The notes under the pieces were generated by a model. It saw only the letters and a program-made list of their open reading frames with translations, was not told the DNA's origin and ran no database searches. From NCBI GenBank assembly GCA_963707025.1, contig CAVPOM010000018.1:160001-224000 (forward strand): DNA of 64,000 nt, given 5' to 3'. Positions 28,199-38,805 of the stretch are shown here, one piece after another; the first letter of the stretch is position 1; each line of letters opens with the position of its first letter. The stretch is from an uncultured Verrucomicrobiae bacterium. Lineage in GTDB: Bacteria; Verrucomicrobiota; Verrucomicrobiia; Limisphaerales; Palsa-1400. Made by a program: the position numbers and the translations under genes.

Positions 28199-29566
28199 AT
28201 GAACGATGCCATCAATCGCCGCCTGTTTTTGAAGAAGGCCGGAACCGCGGGCCTCGGCCTCAGCGTGGCCGGTTATTTCGCCTCGTCGTCCGACAGTTGG
28301 GCGCAGACGCCCCCCGCCACGGGACGCACCCTCGGGCCGAACGACAAAATCACCGCCGCGGTCATCGGCACCAACGGCCGGGGCCTGGCCCATGTGGATT
28401 GCCTCCTCGCCCTGAAAGGTGTGGAAATCTCCCATATTTGCGACGTGGACGACCGCGCCATCGCCAAGGGCATCAAGGCCGCCGCCAAAGGGCAGCAGAC
28501 CGCGCCGAAAGGCGCCAAGGATTTTCGGAAGCTGCTGGAAGACAAAACCATTGACGCTGTCACCATCGCCACTCCCGACCACTGGCACGCGCCCATGGCC
28601 ATCCTGGCGCTGCAGGCCGGCAAGCATGTCTATGTGGAAAAGCCGTGCAGCCACAACCCGCGCGAGGGGGAATGGCTGGTCGAGGCGGCGGCGAAAAGCA
28701 AGGGCCTCTGCCAGATGGGCAGCCAGCGCCGCTCCTTTCCCAACACCCAGGCCGCCGTCAAGGCCATTCGCGAGGGGATGATCGGCAAGGCCTACATGGG
28801 CCGTTGCTGGTATGTCAACGACCGCAAATCCATCGGCCACGGCAAGCCGGTGGCGGTGCCGGAGTGGCTCGACTATGAATTGTGGCAGGGTCCCGCCTTG
28901 CGCCGCCCTTACATGAGCAACCTCATTCACTACAACTGGCACTGGTTTTGGAATTACGGCACCGGTGAGGCCCTTAACAACGGCACCCACGAAGTGGATG
29001 TCTGCCGCTGGGCCTTGGGCCTGGATTTTCCCGCCCGCGTCACCTCAAACGGCGGCCGTTATGCTTTTCAGGACGACTGGGAAACGCCCGACACCCAGGT
29101 CATCAGTTGGGATTTCGCGGCGGGCAAAACCATGACGTGGGAAGGCCACAGTTGCAACAACCACCCCATTGAAGGGCTGGAACGCGGCGTCATCATCTAC
29201 GGCACCGGCGGCTGGGCATTGCTCGAAGGCGACAATTGCAAAATTGTGGACAACTCCCGCAAGACGCTTCTCCAGCTCAAAAGCGGCGTGGTGGCCGATC
29301 CCACCAACACCATCAGCGCCACCGGCGCCGACATGGACACCCTCCATTTCAAAAACTTTGTGGACGCCATCCGCCTGGGCACGCCGCTGACCGCCCCGGT
29401 CAGCGAAGGCCACAAGAGCGTGGCCATGCTGCAACTGGGCAACATCGCCTGGCGCACCGGCCGCGCCCTCGATCTGGACAGCAGCAACGGCCACATCAAG
29501 AACGATGCCGAAGCCGCGAAATTGTGGGGGCGCGACTACGCGCCCGGTTGGGAGCCGAAGGTTTGA
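28199..29566 (+). CDS. Tat-exported Gfo/Idh/MocA oxidoreductase
   Basis: NRRLFLK Tat motif; IGTNGRG, ATPDHWH, YVEKP. Confidence 0.92.
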   Translation: MNDAINRRLFLKKAGTAGLGLSVAGYFASSSDSWAQTPPATGRTLGPNDKITAAVIGTNGRGLAHVDCLLALKGVEISHICDVDDRAIAKGIKAAAKGQQTAPKGAKDFRKLLEDKTIDAVTIATPDHWHAPMAILALQAGKHVYVEKPCSHNPREGEWLVEAAAKSKGLCQMGSQRRSFPNTQAAVKAIREGMIGKAYMGRCWYVNDRKSIGHGKPVAVPEWLDYELWQGPALRRPYMSNLIHYNWHWFWNYGTGEALNNGTHEVDVCRWALGLDFPARVTSNGGRYAFQDDWETPDTQVISWDFAAGKTMTWEGHSCNNHPIEGLERGVIIYGTGGWALLEGDNCKIVDNSRKTLLQLKSGVVADPTNTISATGADMDTLHFKNFVDAIRLGTPLTAPVSEGHKSVAMLQLGNIAWRTGRALDLDSSNGHIKNDAEAAKLWGRDYAPGWEPKV

Positions 29567-29585
29567 CCCCCATTCCGCCCCCTCA

Positions 29586-29622
29586 TAATCTTAATCCTAA
29601 TCTTAATCTTAATCTTAATCTC
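29586..29622. repeat. (TAATCY)6 hexamer repeat, single arm
   Basis: TAATCTTAATCCTAATCTTAATCTTAATCTTAATCT. Confidence 0.85.
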
Positions 29623-29665
29623 TTCCGAACCCAATATTTGACACCCAGCCAACTCAAACCCTGCC

Positions 29666-30538
29666 ATGAAAAAATTACCCGCCCTCGCCTGCCTTGCCCT
29701 GCTCGCCAGCCTCTCCCCGGTGCGCGCCGCCGCCGCCGCTGCGCCCACGGACGCCGAGAAGCTGGGCTGGACCCTGGCGCTGCACTCCTATTCCTTCAGG
29801 CTGTTCACCATCTTTGACGCGATAGACAAGACCGCCGCGCTGGGGATCAAACACATGAGCATTTCGGGAAGCGTCCTGCTCTCCGGCACCAATCCGGTCA
29901 CCACGGTCAACGTGGCGGACAAGGACATGGAGGCGATCAAGGCCAAAATGCTGTCCGCCGGGATCAGTTGGCCGTTCGTCAACATTGGCGTGGTGCAACT
30001 GCCGGCCAACGAGGCGCAAAGCCGCAAGGTCTTCGAGTTTGCGCGCAAGTGGGAAATACCCATCCTCGTGGCCGAGCCGAATCCCAATGCGCTGGATGTG
30101 GTGGAAAAGCTGTGCAAGGAATACAACATCAAAGTCGCCATCCACGAGCATAAAAAACCCAATCAATACTGGGACCCGCAGTTCGTCCTCAACGCCATCA
30201 AAGGCCGCGGGCCGCTCATGGGCGCCTGCGCCGATGTGGGCCATTGGGTTCGGTCCGGATTGGACCCGGTGGAATGCCTGAAGAAGCTCGACGGGCATGT
30301 CCTGGCCGTTCATTTCAAGGACCTGGCGGAGAAGGACCCCAACACCCACGATGTCCCCTGGGGCACCGGCGTCTGCAATTCCAAGGGCCTGCTGGAAGAA
30401 CTCAAGCGCCAGCAATTCCACGGCGCCATCTGCGTGGAATACGAATATCACTGGACAACCTCCAGCCCGGAGATCGCCCAGTCCGTCAAATTCTTCAACG
30501 CCACCTGCGCCCAACTGGCCGCGCCGCTGACCAAATGA
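29666..30538 (+). CDS. Secreted sugar phosphate isomerase/epimerase (xylose-isomerase-like TIM barrel)
   Basis: Signal peptide; VAEP, AIHEH, CADVGHW, HFKD, VPWGTG, VEYE. Confidence 0.88.
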   Translation: MKKLPALACLALLASLSPVRAAAAAAPTDAEKLGWTLALHSYSFRLFTIFDAIDKTAALGIKHMSISGSVLLSGTNPVTTVNVADKDMEAIKAKMLSAGISWPFVNIGVVQLPANEAQSRKVFEFARKWEIPILVAEPNPNALDVVEKLCKEYNIKVAIHEHKKPNQYWDPQFVLNAIKGRGPLMGACADVGHWVRSGLDPVECLKKLDGHVLAVHFKDLAEKDPNTHDVPWGTGVCNSKGLLEELKRQQFHGAICVEYEYHWTTSSPEIAQSVKFFNATCAQLAAPLTK

Positions 30539-31902
30539 AACAGACCTGTTCCCGCCGCCGCTTTCTCAAAGTTTCCGCGCTGGCCGCCGGCGCGGCCGCC
30601 TGGCCCGGCCCGTCCCTCTTGCGGGCGCAGCCCGCGCCCAAACTCAACATCGCCATGATCGGCGTGGGCGGGCAGGGACTTTCCCGGCTCAAGGAAGCCC
30701 TGCAATGCGGCGCCAACATCGTGGCCCTGTGCGACGTGGACGATAAAATGATCGCCGCCGCGCGCCAGGCCACCGCCGCCACCCTGGGCAATCCCAATTC
30801 CTACGTTGACTTCCGCAAAATGCTGGAATCCGAAAAAAGTCTTGACGGAGTGATTATCGCGACGCCGGATCACTGGCACGCGCCCGTCTGCCGGGCGGCC
30901 TTTGCCGCCGGCAAGCACATTTTTTGCGAAAAGCCGCTCGCCCACGCCATTTCCGAAGTGCGCGATTTGCGCGAGCGGGCCGGCCGCTCCAAGGTGGTCA
31001 CGCAGATGGGCAACCAGGGCAGCGCCACCGAAACCATGCGCCGCGGCATTGAACTGATTCAAGGCGGCGCCATCGGGCAGGTCCGCACCGTCCATGTCTG
31101 GGTGGCGAAAAGCGGCTCCTTCAAGCCCGGCCAGGCGGCCCCGACCGGTGAGGACCCCGTGCCCGACGGGCTGCATTGGGACAATTGGATTGGCCCGGCC
31201 TCCTTCCATCCCTACAAAAAAACCATCTATCATCCCAAGGCCTGGCGGGCCTGGTACGATTTTGGCGGCGGCTCAATGGCGGACTGGGGTTGCCACGGCT
31301 TAAACCTTCCCTTCCGCGCCTTGAACCTCGGTTACCCCGCCGAAATCGAAACCGACATGCAGGGCGAAATCTCCGCCTGCTATCCCAAGGACGTGCGCAT
31401 CCACTTCGACTTCGCCGCGCGCGGCGCCTTGCCGGCGGCGACTGTTTGGTGGTATGACGGCGGGCGGCTGCCGCCGACGGACGCGATGCCAAAGGCGATG
31501 ACCGATTTCCTCGGAGAAATGCCGAATGCCGGCGTGTTAATTCTTGGTGACAAAGGATATACCTTTGGCGACCCGCACGCCGGAGCGCGCTTCATCCAGT
31601 TGAACGATGAAAAGGATGTGTCGCCCATCACCAATCATCCCGCCACCCGCGGCATTGCCAAGTCCCTGCCGCGCGTGCGGGGGCACATGCAGGAATGGCT
31701 GGCCGCCTGCCGGACCGGCGACAAAGCAACCCCCTACTCCAATTTTGAACTGGCCGGGCAACTGACCGAAACCGTTCTCTCCGGCGTCGTCGCCCTTCGT
31801 GCCGGCAAAAAGCTGCAATGGGACGGTCCGGGCATGCGGGCCGTCAACGATCCCGAAGCCGCCCAATTCATCCAAGCCAAATACCGCGCCGGCTGGATAT
31901 AA
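30535..31902 (+). CDS. Tat-exported Gfo/Idh/MocA oxidoreductase
   Basis: SRRRFLK; IGVGGQG, ATPDHWH, FCEKP, DWGCH; ATGA overlap with upstream gene. Confidence 0.92.
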   Translation: MKQTCSRRRFLKVSALAAGAAAWPGPSLLRAQPAPKLNIAMIGVGGQGLSRLKEALQCGANIVALCDVDDKMIAAARQATAATLGNPNSYVDFRKMLESEKSLDGVIIATPDHWHAPVCRAAFAAGKHIFCEKPLAHAISEVRDLRERAGRSKVVTQMGNQGSATETMRRGIELIQGGAIGQVRTVHVWVAKSGSFKPGQAAPTGEDPVPDGLHWDNWIGPASFHPYKKTIYHPKAWRAWYDFGGGSMADWGCHGLNLPFRALNLGYPAEIETDMQGEISACYPKDVRIHFDFAARGALPAATVWWYDGGRLPPTDAMPKAMTDFLGEMPNAGVLILGDKGYTFGDPHAGARFIQLNDEKDVSPITNHPATRGIAKSLPRVRGHMQEWLAACRTGDKATPYSNFELAGQLTETVLSGVVALRAGKKLQWDGPGMRAVNDPEAAQFIQAKYRAGWI

Positions 31903-31916
31903 GATTAGTTGTTACC

Positions 31917-32378
31917 GTGAGACATTTTGTCCTCTTTCCGAACGAGGGACGTGTGGTGGCGGGTGAGATACCATTCACATCGGACGTATCGGACGAAATA
32001 CCGAAACGTGTCGTTTATAATGGTAAAACCTACTCTATGCTTGGACAAATAGACTTTTTTGATCATCTGGTTGACCGTCAAGAGCGCGTTGTTGGCTTCC
32101 ATTTTATGTGTGTCCGAGATAAGGCGGCCGAACTTGCCTTGCAGTGGCTTGTCGAACACACCGTCAACACCTATCGCGACGAGATCGCATTTCAGATTTG
32201 TTTGTCCGAAAAGACCGAGGAATTAACCAGCGATTGTTGTCAGGCATTTTTCGGTCTCGTGTTCGGCGCACAGCCTGCACGGGAGCCGATAATCGTGTTA
32301 CCAGACTGTATCGCTTGGGCGCATGAGACTCTTGGCTTTGATCTTCAGCGCGAAAACGTGCCAGTGGGCTGCTGGTGA
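31917..32378 (+). CDS. Hypothetical protein, AT-richer than its neighbours
   Basis: 153-codon ORF filling the gap between two genes; no recognised motif. Confidence 0.55.
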   Translation: MRHFVLFPNEGRVVAGEIPFTSDVSDEIPKRVVYNGKTYSMLGQIDFFDHLVDRQERVVGFHFMCVRDKAAELALQWLVEHTVNTYRDEIAFQICLSEKTEELTSDCCQAFFGLVFGAQPAREPIIVLPDCIAWAHETLGFDLQRENVPVGCW

Positions 32379-32397
32379 TTGTGCGTAGCGAGGCAAA

Positions 32398-32425
32398 TTG
32401 ACAGCGTGCTTTTCCGGGTTAAATT
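32398..32425 (+). promoter_or_regulatory. sigma70-type promoter
   Basis: TTGACA-16 nt-TAAATT upstream of ATG 32441. Confidence 0.5.
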
Positions 32426-32440
32426 TGCCGCAGTCTATCC

Positions 32441-35400
32441 ATGAAAGCTTGCTCGCTGCCCTGGCCAATTGGGCTCTGCCTCCTTGTCGCCGTGTTTTGG
32501 CTGGGCGGCACGACGTTTCCCGCGCTGGCCAATTGGCCCGGCGGCACCGACGGCACCGGCCCCAGCGTCGTGCTGCTCGATAATGGCAACGGCACCGTCA
32601 CCATGTCCAACGGCATCGTCTCCATCCTTTGCACCACGAATGGGGCGACCATCAACCAGATCAACTACACTTACAACAACGGCGGCGGCCCCACCACCAC
32701 CCAGTTGCTCAACGGCGGCCATAATGGCGGCCAGTTGTATTGGGAACTGGGCGGCTTCGGTTCCGGCAGCTTTGTCTATTCGCCCGTGGCCAGCGGCGGC
32801 GACTACGCCGAAATGGACCTCCTCACCACCTCCGCCAACAACGGCGCCGTGGACATTCATTTCTCCATGCTCCGGGGCTCGCCCGGCTTTTACGTCACCG
32901 CCATTTGGAGCCACCGCAGCGTGGACGCCGCCATGAGCATGGGCGAAACGCGGGATAACATCTATGCGGGCAGCATGTTCAACTGGATGTGCGTGGACTC
33001 CCGGCGCAACCAATTAATGGAGGTGTCCGGCGGCTCCGCCATCGGCGTGTACGGCGCTCCGGTGGAGGTTTCAATTTGGACCAACGGACTCTACGCCGGG
33101 CGCTACGAGGACAAATACAAATACAGCGCCGACTTCGGCGCGCAACGGGTCTGGGGTTGGGCCAGCGTCAACGCCTCCACCGGCAGCGGCGGGCTTAATG
33201 TCGGCCTGTGGAATGTCCTGGCCAGCACCGAATATTATAATGGCGGCCCCATGAAGCGGGAGCTGATGTCCCACATCGGCACCACCATCCTCAACATGAC
33301 CCATGGCGGCCATTACGGCGGCGGCCAGGATGGCAACTGGGCTGCCTGGGAAGTTTGGACCCAGGTTTACGGGCCATGGTTTATTTATTGCAACCACGTG
33401 ACCAACACGCTCACCAATCCCGCCCAGGCCGCCGCCGCCCTCTACGCCGACGCCCAGGCGCAGGCCGGCGCCGAGGCCGCCGCCTGGCCCTACAGTTGGC
33501 TCACCAACGCCAATTATGCCCCGGCCTCCAGCCGCAGCGCTGTCTCCGGCCAAATCGTCATCAACGACACCTATAACACCAATGCCTCCGCCGCCGGCCT
33601 TTGGGTGGGCCTCATCCAGCAACCTTCCACCACCGACGGAATCTATGACTTTCAGGATTGGTGCAAGTGCTGCCAGTTCTGGGTCAAGAGCGGTCCCGAC
33701 GGCGTTTTCACTGTCTCCAACGTCATTGCCGGCGCCAACTACACCCTCTATGCCTTCGGCCCCGGCGCGGCCGGGATGTTCATGTCGCAAAATCAAATCG
33801 GCGGCAATCCGGACCTGACCTTCAACCTCCCGGCCGCTCCTTTCAGCGTCACCGTCACCGGCGGCGCCACCAACAATTTGGGCGCGGTCACCTGGACCCC
33901 CACCCGCGTCGGCCCCACCGTCTTTGAAATCGGCTATCCGAACCGGACCGCCGAGTACAAGTTTCGCCACAGCGATGATTGGTGGGTGGGCGACATCGGC
34001 CCCAGTTCCAACGCGCCCAGCCCCATCTGGAGCAAATACTTTGAGTACCCCTTCGACTTTCCCAACGGACCCAGCTACGCGGTGGGCCAAAGCCGGTGGT
34101 CCACCGACTGGAACTTCTGCCAGCCCGCCGTGTTCAACTCCTCGGGCGGCGCCAGCAGCTCCAGTTCCACCATTGCCTTCAATCTGGCCTCGGCGCCCGC
34201 CGGCGGCGCCAGCGCCTCGTTTTACATGGCCACCGCTTCCGATTTCACCGGGCCAATTGTCGTCAGCGTCAATGGTCATAATCTGGGCAGCACCAGCGGT
34301 GTGACTTCCACTCCCAACGCGAATGGCTCCGGTGGTTACAGCCCGGCTTTCTCCGGCGGCAACGACGAAAGCGACACCACCATTCGCGAGGGGATTCACG
34401 GTTGCTATTCAGACGAGCGCATCACTTTTCCCGCGACCTTGCTCACCTCCGGCCCGAACACCATCACCATCAAAATGAATGGCGGCGGCGCCGAAGACCA
34501 CATCATGTATGATTACATCCGCCTGGAACTGTCTGGCTACGTGCCGCCGCCGCCTGCCGCCGTCACCGCCTGGCCCGGCAACAACTGCAACTTGCTCAGT
34601 TGGCCGGTCACGCCCGGCGCCACCAGCTACAACATTCTGCGCTCCACCACTTCCGGAAGTGGTTATGCCGGCATTGCCACAGACGTGCCCGGCCCGGTCT
34701 GCGGCAGCGGCTCCAACAACGCCACTTACCTCGACACCAACGCACTCGACGGCACGGCTTACTATTACATTGTCCAATCCGTCAACCCCGTCGGCGCGAG
34801 CGCCGGCTCCCCTGCGAGCGCCGCCGCCACACCCTCGGCCGCCATCACCACCTCTGCCCCGGCCGCGCCCACCGGTCTGGCTGTCACGGTGGCCCACACC
34901 AACGTCACCCTCACCTGGAGTCCCTCCTCCGGCGCGAATTACTACTCGGTCTGGCGCTCCACCCTGGCGGACACCGGAGGCGGCGCCTCCAACATCCTCA
35001 GCACCAATATTCTTGACAACACCATCAGTACCGCCGCCTACAGCGACACCCGGCTGACCGACGGCGCCTACTACAGCTACTCCGTCACCGCCGCCAATGC
35101 CGCCGGCGCCAGCCCCAATTCCGCCTGGATCAACGCTACACCCCGGCCGGCGCCGCCGGCCGGCGCTCCGGCCAATTTCACCGTGACCACGGCCACCACC
35201 TCCTCCAACCAGCAAGCGACCTTGAGTTGGTCGGCCGTGAGCGGGGCGGTGGGTTACATCATCGAGCGATCCGCCGGCTCCGCCGGCCCATTTGCCTTCG
35301 CCAGCAACTTCGTCGTGAGCCTGACCGAAACTAGTTACACCGACGCCGCCCTGCCCCTGGGCACGGCTTATTACTACGTCGTCATCGCCGTCAACGCGGG

Positions 35401-37483
35401 CGGCGTTTCGCCCAATTCCACCATTATGGGCACCGCCCTCATCCCGCCCGCTCCCGCCAGCCTGAACGCGATCCCCGGCAACGCCCAAGTCACCTTGCTC
35501 TGGCCCGCCGCGCCCGGCGCCGCCAGCTACGTCATCAAGCGCGGCACCAGCTCCGGCAATGAAACCGCCACCGTCGCCTCGGGCGTCGCCGGCGCCAGCT
35601 ACACCAACACCGGCCTCAACAACGGCACGACTTACTATTACGTCGTCGCCGCGACCGCCAGCGGCGGCACCGGCCCGCCTTCCCCCGAAGCCAGCGCGAC
35701 CCCAAGCGCCACCATTTCAACTTCGACCTGGATTTGGACCGGCGCGGCCAGCACCGCCTGGGACACGACCACGGCCAACTGGATAAATGGCGGCAGCGTG
35801 GCGGTGTATGCCGACGGTGACCCTGTCGCTTTCGATGACTCGGCCGCGACCACCACCGTGGCCATCACCGGCGCGGTTTACCCCGCCTCCGTCACCTTCT
35901 CCAACGCCACCGCCGCCTACACCTTGAGCGCGGGCGGGGCGGGCATCTCCGGCCCGTCGGGCATTGTCAAGACCAATTCAGGCGTGGTCACCGTCACCAG
36001 CGCCAACGCTTGCACCGGGGGCACGGTGATCCATGGCGGCATGATTACCCTTTCCGGCGCCAACGGCAGCGCCGCTTTCACCGCCGCCCTCGGTTCCGGC
36101 CCCGTCACCCTCAACATTGGAGGCGAACTCCAACTGGCCCCGCCGGGCGGCAGCGCGGGAAAAACTTCCAGCACCTTCAGCAACAACTTTGTGCTCAACG
36201 GCGGCACCCTCTATGGCAACGACGGCCAGGAACATCTCACCGGCTCCATCGCCGTCAACGCCGCCTCCTCCCTCCTGCGGCAGTGGGACAACTCCACCGC
36301 CGATCAAACCAAGGCCCTGCTGTGCGACGGCCTGCTTTCCGGCGCCGCCGCCCTGAACCTGTCCGGCACCGGCGGCTACACCAGTCAGGGCGCCAGAATC
36401 TGGATTGACAACCCCGCCAATACCTACAGCGGAACCATCACCGTCAACGCCGGCACCGCCCTGGGCGGATTCGCCCTGGCCCTGGGCGCGAACAACGCCC
36501 TGCAATTCGCCACCGTCAACCTGCAAGGCGTCCGCCCCGCCGCCAGCACCGACGCCACCCTCCTCTACGGCGTGGAATTTCTGGCCGGCCAGGACGCCCC
36601 GGTCCTCGGGGGGTTGCAAGGCAGCGGCAACATCGCCCTGGCCGATCTGGGCGGCGCATCCGTGGTATTGACAGTTGGCGGCAATAACACCTCCGGCGCC
36701 TTCTCCGGCATCTTGAGCGGCGCGGGCGGCCTGGCCAAGACGGGGGCCGGAACGCTGGCCCTGTCCGGCGCGAACACCTTCACCGGCGCAACCACCGTCC
36801 TGGCGGGCCAACTGCTGGTCAACGGATCGCTGGCTGCCGGCAGCGCCGTGACCGTCGCCGGCGGCGGCGTTCTCGGCGGCACGGGAACCGTCAACGGCCC
36901 AGTGACGATCCAGAGCGGCGGGGTCTTCTCTCCCGGCGGCTCTCTCGGCCAAATGAATTTCGGCAGCTCCGTCACCCTCTCCGCGGGCAGCACCAACCTT
37001 TTTCAAATCAGCCCGTCTCCCCTGGCCAACAATGCCGCCGTCATTGCCGGCGCGTTGACCAACGGCGGCGTCCTCATCGTCAGCAACAGTAGCGCCGCCG
37101 CTCCCGCCGCGAACCAAACCTTTTCACTCTTCAACGCCGCGAGCCACGACGGCGATTTCGCCGCGGTTATCCTGCCTCCCCTGCCGTTCGGCCTGGGCTG
37201 GAACACCAATCAACTCAACAGCGCCGGCGTCATCTCCGTCATCATCATCACCCGTCCCCTGATCGCGCCGCCCGTCCTTTCCTCTGGCGGCCTGGTTTTC
37301 GCTGGAACCGGCGGCGTCGGCTCCGCCCGTTACTATCTCATTTCCTCGACCGACCTCGTCACCCCGTTGAGCAACTGGAGCATCGTGGCCACCAACGTCT
37401 TCGACACCGGCGGCAACTTCATCTTGACCAATCCGCCCAACCCCGCCCAGCCTTTGCAATTCTTCCAACTGGAACTGCCCTGA
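32441..37483 (+). CDS. Rhamnogalacturonan lyase (PL4-like) with fibronectin III repeats, autotransporter-associated beta-strand repeats and a C-terminal sorting-like domain
   Basis: YEDKYKYS, EYYNGGPMK, THGGHYG, IMYDYIRLE; four FN3-like units (GATSYNILRS, YYYVV); GGLAKTGAGTLALSGANTFTGATTV; ends QFFQLELP. Confidence 0.85.
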   Translation: MKACSLPWPIGLCLLVAVFWLGGTTFPALANWPGGTDGTGPSVVLLDNGNGTVTMSNGIVSILCTTNGATINQINYTYNNGGGPTTTQLLNGGHNGGQLYWELGGFGSGSFVYSPVASGGDYAEMDLLTTSANNGAVDIHFSMLRGSPGFYVTAIWSHRSVDAAMSMGETRDNIYAGSMFNWMCVDSRRNQLMEVSGGSAIGVYGAPVEVSIWTNGLYAGRYEDKYKYSADFGAQRVWGWASVNASTGSGGLNVGLWNVLASTEYYNGGPMKRELMSHIGTTILNMTHGGHYGGGQDGNWAAWEVWTQVYGPWFIYCNHVTNTLTNPAQAAAALYADAQAQAGAEAAAWPYSWLTNANYAPASSRSAVSGQIVINDTYNTNASAAGLWVGLIQQPSTTDGIYDFQDWCKCCQFWVKSGPDGVFTVSNVIAGANYTLYAFGPGAAGMFMSQNQIGGNPDLTFNLPAAPFSVTVTGGATNNLGAVTWTPTRVGPTVFEIGYPNRTAEYKFRHSDDWWVGDIGPSSNAPSPIWSKYFEYPFDFPNGPSYAVGQSRWSTDWNFCQPAVFNSSGGASSSSSTIAFNLASAPAGGASASFYMATASDFTGPIVVSVNGHNLGSTSGVTSTPNANGSGGYSPAFSGGNDESDTTIREGIHGCYSDERITFPATLLTSGPNTITIKMNGGGAEDHIMYDYIRLELSGYVPPPPAAVTAWPGNNCNLLSWPVTPGATSYNILRSTTSGSGYAGIATDVPGPVCGSGSNNATYLDTNALDGTAYYYIVQSVNPVGASAGSPASAAATPSAAITTSAPAAPTGLAVTVAHTNVTLTWSPSSGANYYSVWRSTLADTGGGASNILSTNILDNTISTAAYSDTRLTDGAYYSYSVTAANAAGASPNSAWINATPRPAPPAGAPANFTVTTATTSSNQQATLSWSAVSGAVGYIIERSAGSAGPFAFASNFVVSLTETSYTDAALPLGTAYYYVVIAVNAGGVSPNSTIMGTALIPPAPASLNAIPGNAQVTLLWPAAPGAASYVIKRGTSSGNETATVASGVAGASYTNTGLNNGTTYYYVVAATASGGTGPPSPEASATPSATISTSTWIWTGAASTAWDTTTANWINGGSVAVYADGDPVAFDDSAATTTVAITGAVYPASVTFSNATAAYTLSAGGAGISGPSGIVKTNSGVVTVTSANACTGGTVIHGGMITLSGANGSAAFTAALGSGPVTLNIGGELQLAPPGGSAGKTSSTFSNNFVLNGGTLYGNDGQEHLTGSIAVNAASSLLRQWDNSTADQTKALLCDGLLSGAAALNLSGTGGYTSQGARIWIDNPANTYSGTITVNAGTALGGFALALGANNALQFATVNLQGVRPAASTDATLLYGVEFLAGQDAPVLGGLQGSGNIALADLGGASVVLTVGGNNTSGAFSGILSGAGGLAKTGAGTLALSGANTFTGATTVLAGQLLVNGSLAAGSAVTVAGGGVLGGTGTVNGPVTIQSGGVFSPGGSLGQMNFGSSVTLSAGSTNLFQISPSPLANNAAVIAGALTNGGVLIVSNSSAAAPAANQTFSLFNAASHDGDFAAVILPPLPFGLGWNTNQLNSAGVISVIIITRPLIAPPVLSSGGLVFAGTGGVGSARYYLISSTDLVTPLSNWSIVATNVFDTGGNFILTNPPNPAQPLQFFQLELP

Positions 37484-37530
37484 TTGGCCCGGCCATCAAG
37501 CATGGGTTGGAGGCCGTTTTTTTCCATGAG

Positions 37531-37575
37531 CTCGAGCCTGTGGCTCGACTTCGGCGCACAGCGCCAACACTACAA
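37531..37575. repeat. GTAG-type REP double hairpin (reverse orientation)
   Basis: Reverse complement TTGTAGTGTTGGCGCTGTGCGCCGAAGTCGAGCCACAGGCTCGAG matches the copies at 7085 and 14678. Confidence 0.7.
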
Positions 37576-37669
37576 CAATGAAACCAAGCCGCTGCCGGCT
37601 CATGCGCCGGTTTGACATTTGCGTCCGGCATCTCATCATGGGAGCGGTTGACCTGGTATTCCCGTTGGA

Positions 37670-38800
37670 ATGACTGCTCCTGAAAAATTGTTGTGTGAAC
37701 TGATCGCGCTGCCCAGCGTGAACCCGGCGTTTTTGCCCGCCCGCGATCCCTGCGCCGGCGAAGGCCGGGTCGCTGAGTTTTTGGCGGCCACCGCCGCCCA
37801 GGCCGGATTGGATGTCCATTTTCAAAACGTCCAACCCGGCCGCTCCAATTTGCTGGCCACTCTTCGGCCCTCGGGCCGGCCCCGCCACCGCCTCCTCCTG
37901 GCCCCGCACCTGGACACCGTGCCGGCAATGGCCGGGGAACAATATGTGCCGCGGCTGGCAGGCGCGCGCATTTACGGCCGGGGCGCCTGCGACACCAAAG
38001 GCTCGGTCGCCGCCATGCTCACCGCCTTGTGCCAACTGGCCAAACAAGGCCCGCGCCCGGCGGAAACGGAAATTGTTTTCGCCGGCCTGGTGGATGAAGA
38101 ACACGCGCAGAGCGGCGCGCGCGCCCTGGCCGCCGGCGGCGGCACAGCGGATTTGGCCGTCGTGGGCGAGCCGACCCGGCTGCGCATTGTCACCGCCCAC
38201 AAAGGCAGTCTCTGGCTGGGCCTGGCCACCCGGGGCAAATCGGCCCACGGCGCCCGCCCCGAACTGGGGCGCAACGCCGTCCATGAAATGGCGCAAGTGG
38301 TCTGCCTGCTGGAAACCCATTATGCGCGGCGCCTGCGCCGCCGGCGCCATCCGCTGCTGGGCCACGCCACCGTCAACGTCGGAGTCATCGCGGGCGGCAC
38401 GCAGCCCAACATTGTGCCCGCGGCCTGCCGCATCAGCGTGGATCGCCGCACCTTGCCGGGGGAAACGGAAAAAGGCGTGCGGGCGGAAATGATGGCCTTG
38501 TTTCGCAGCCGGAACCTGCGCGTCACCATTGCGGACCAAAAGCAGGCGGCCTGCCTGCCCATGGAAACGGATTGCCGGCTGCCGCTGGTGCGCCAGTTCT
38601 TTCGCCTGGCGGGCCAGAAAAAAGCGGCGGGGGTGGATTATTTCTGCGACGCTTCCGTGCTGGCGCGGGCCGGGATTGCCAGCGTGGTGTTCGGGCCGGG
38701 GGACATCGCGCAGGCCCACACGGCGGAGGAGTGGATTGCGCGAAAGTCACTGGAGGCGGCGACGGCGCTGCTGGCCGGTTTTTTGCGGTCGCTGCCGTAA
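37670..38800 (+). CDS. M20-family metallopeptidase (ArgE/DapE-like)
   Basis: PHLDTVP, GRGACDTKGS, DEE, VGEPT, AHTAEE. Confidence 0.9.
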   Translation: MTAPEKLLCELIALPSVNPAFLPARDPCAGEGRVAEFLAATAAQAGLDVHFQNVQPGRSNLLATLRPSGRPRHRLLLAPHLDTVPAMAGEQYVPRLAGARIYGRGACDTKGSVAAMLTALCQLAKQGPRPAETEIVFAGLVDEEHAQSGARALAAGGGTADLAVVGEPTRLRIVTAHKGSLWLGLATRGKSAHGARPELGRNAVHEMAQVVCLLETHYARRLRRRRHPLLGHATVNVGVIAGGTQPNIVPAACRISVDRRTLPGETEKGVRAEMMALFRSRNLRVTIADQKQAACLPMETDCRLPLVRQFFRLAGQKKAAGVDYFCDASVLARAGIASVVFGPGDIAQAHTAEEWIARKSLEAATALLAGFLRSLP

Positions 38801-38805
38801 AACTG

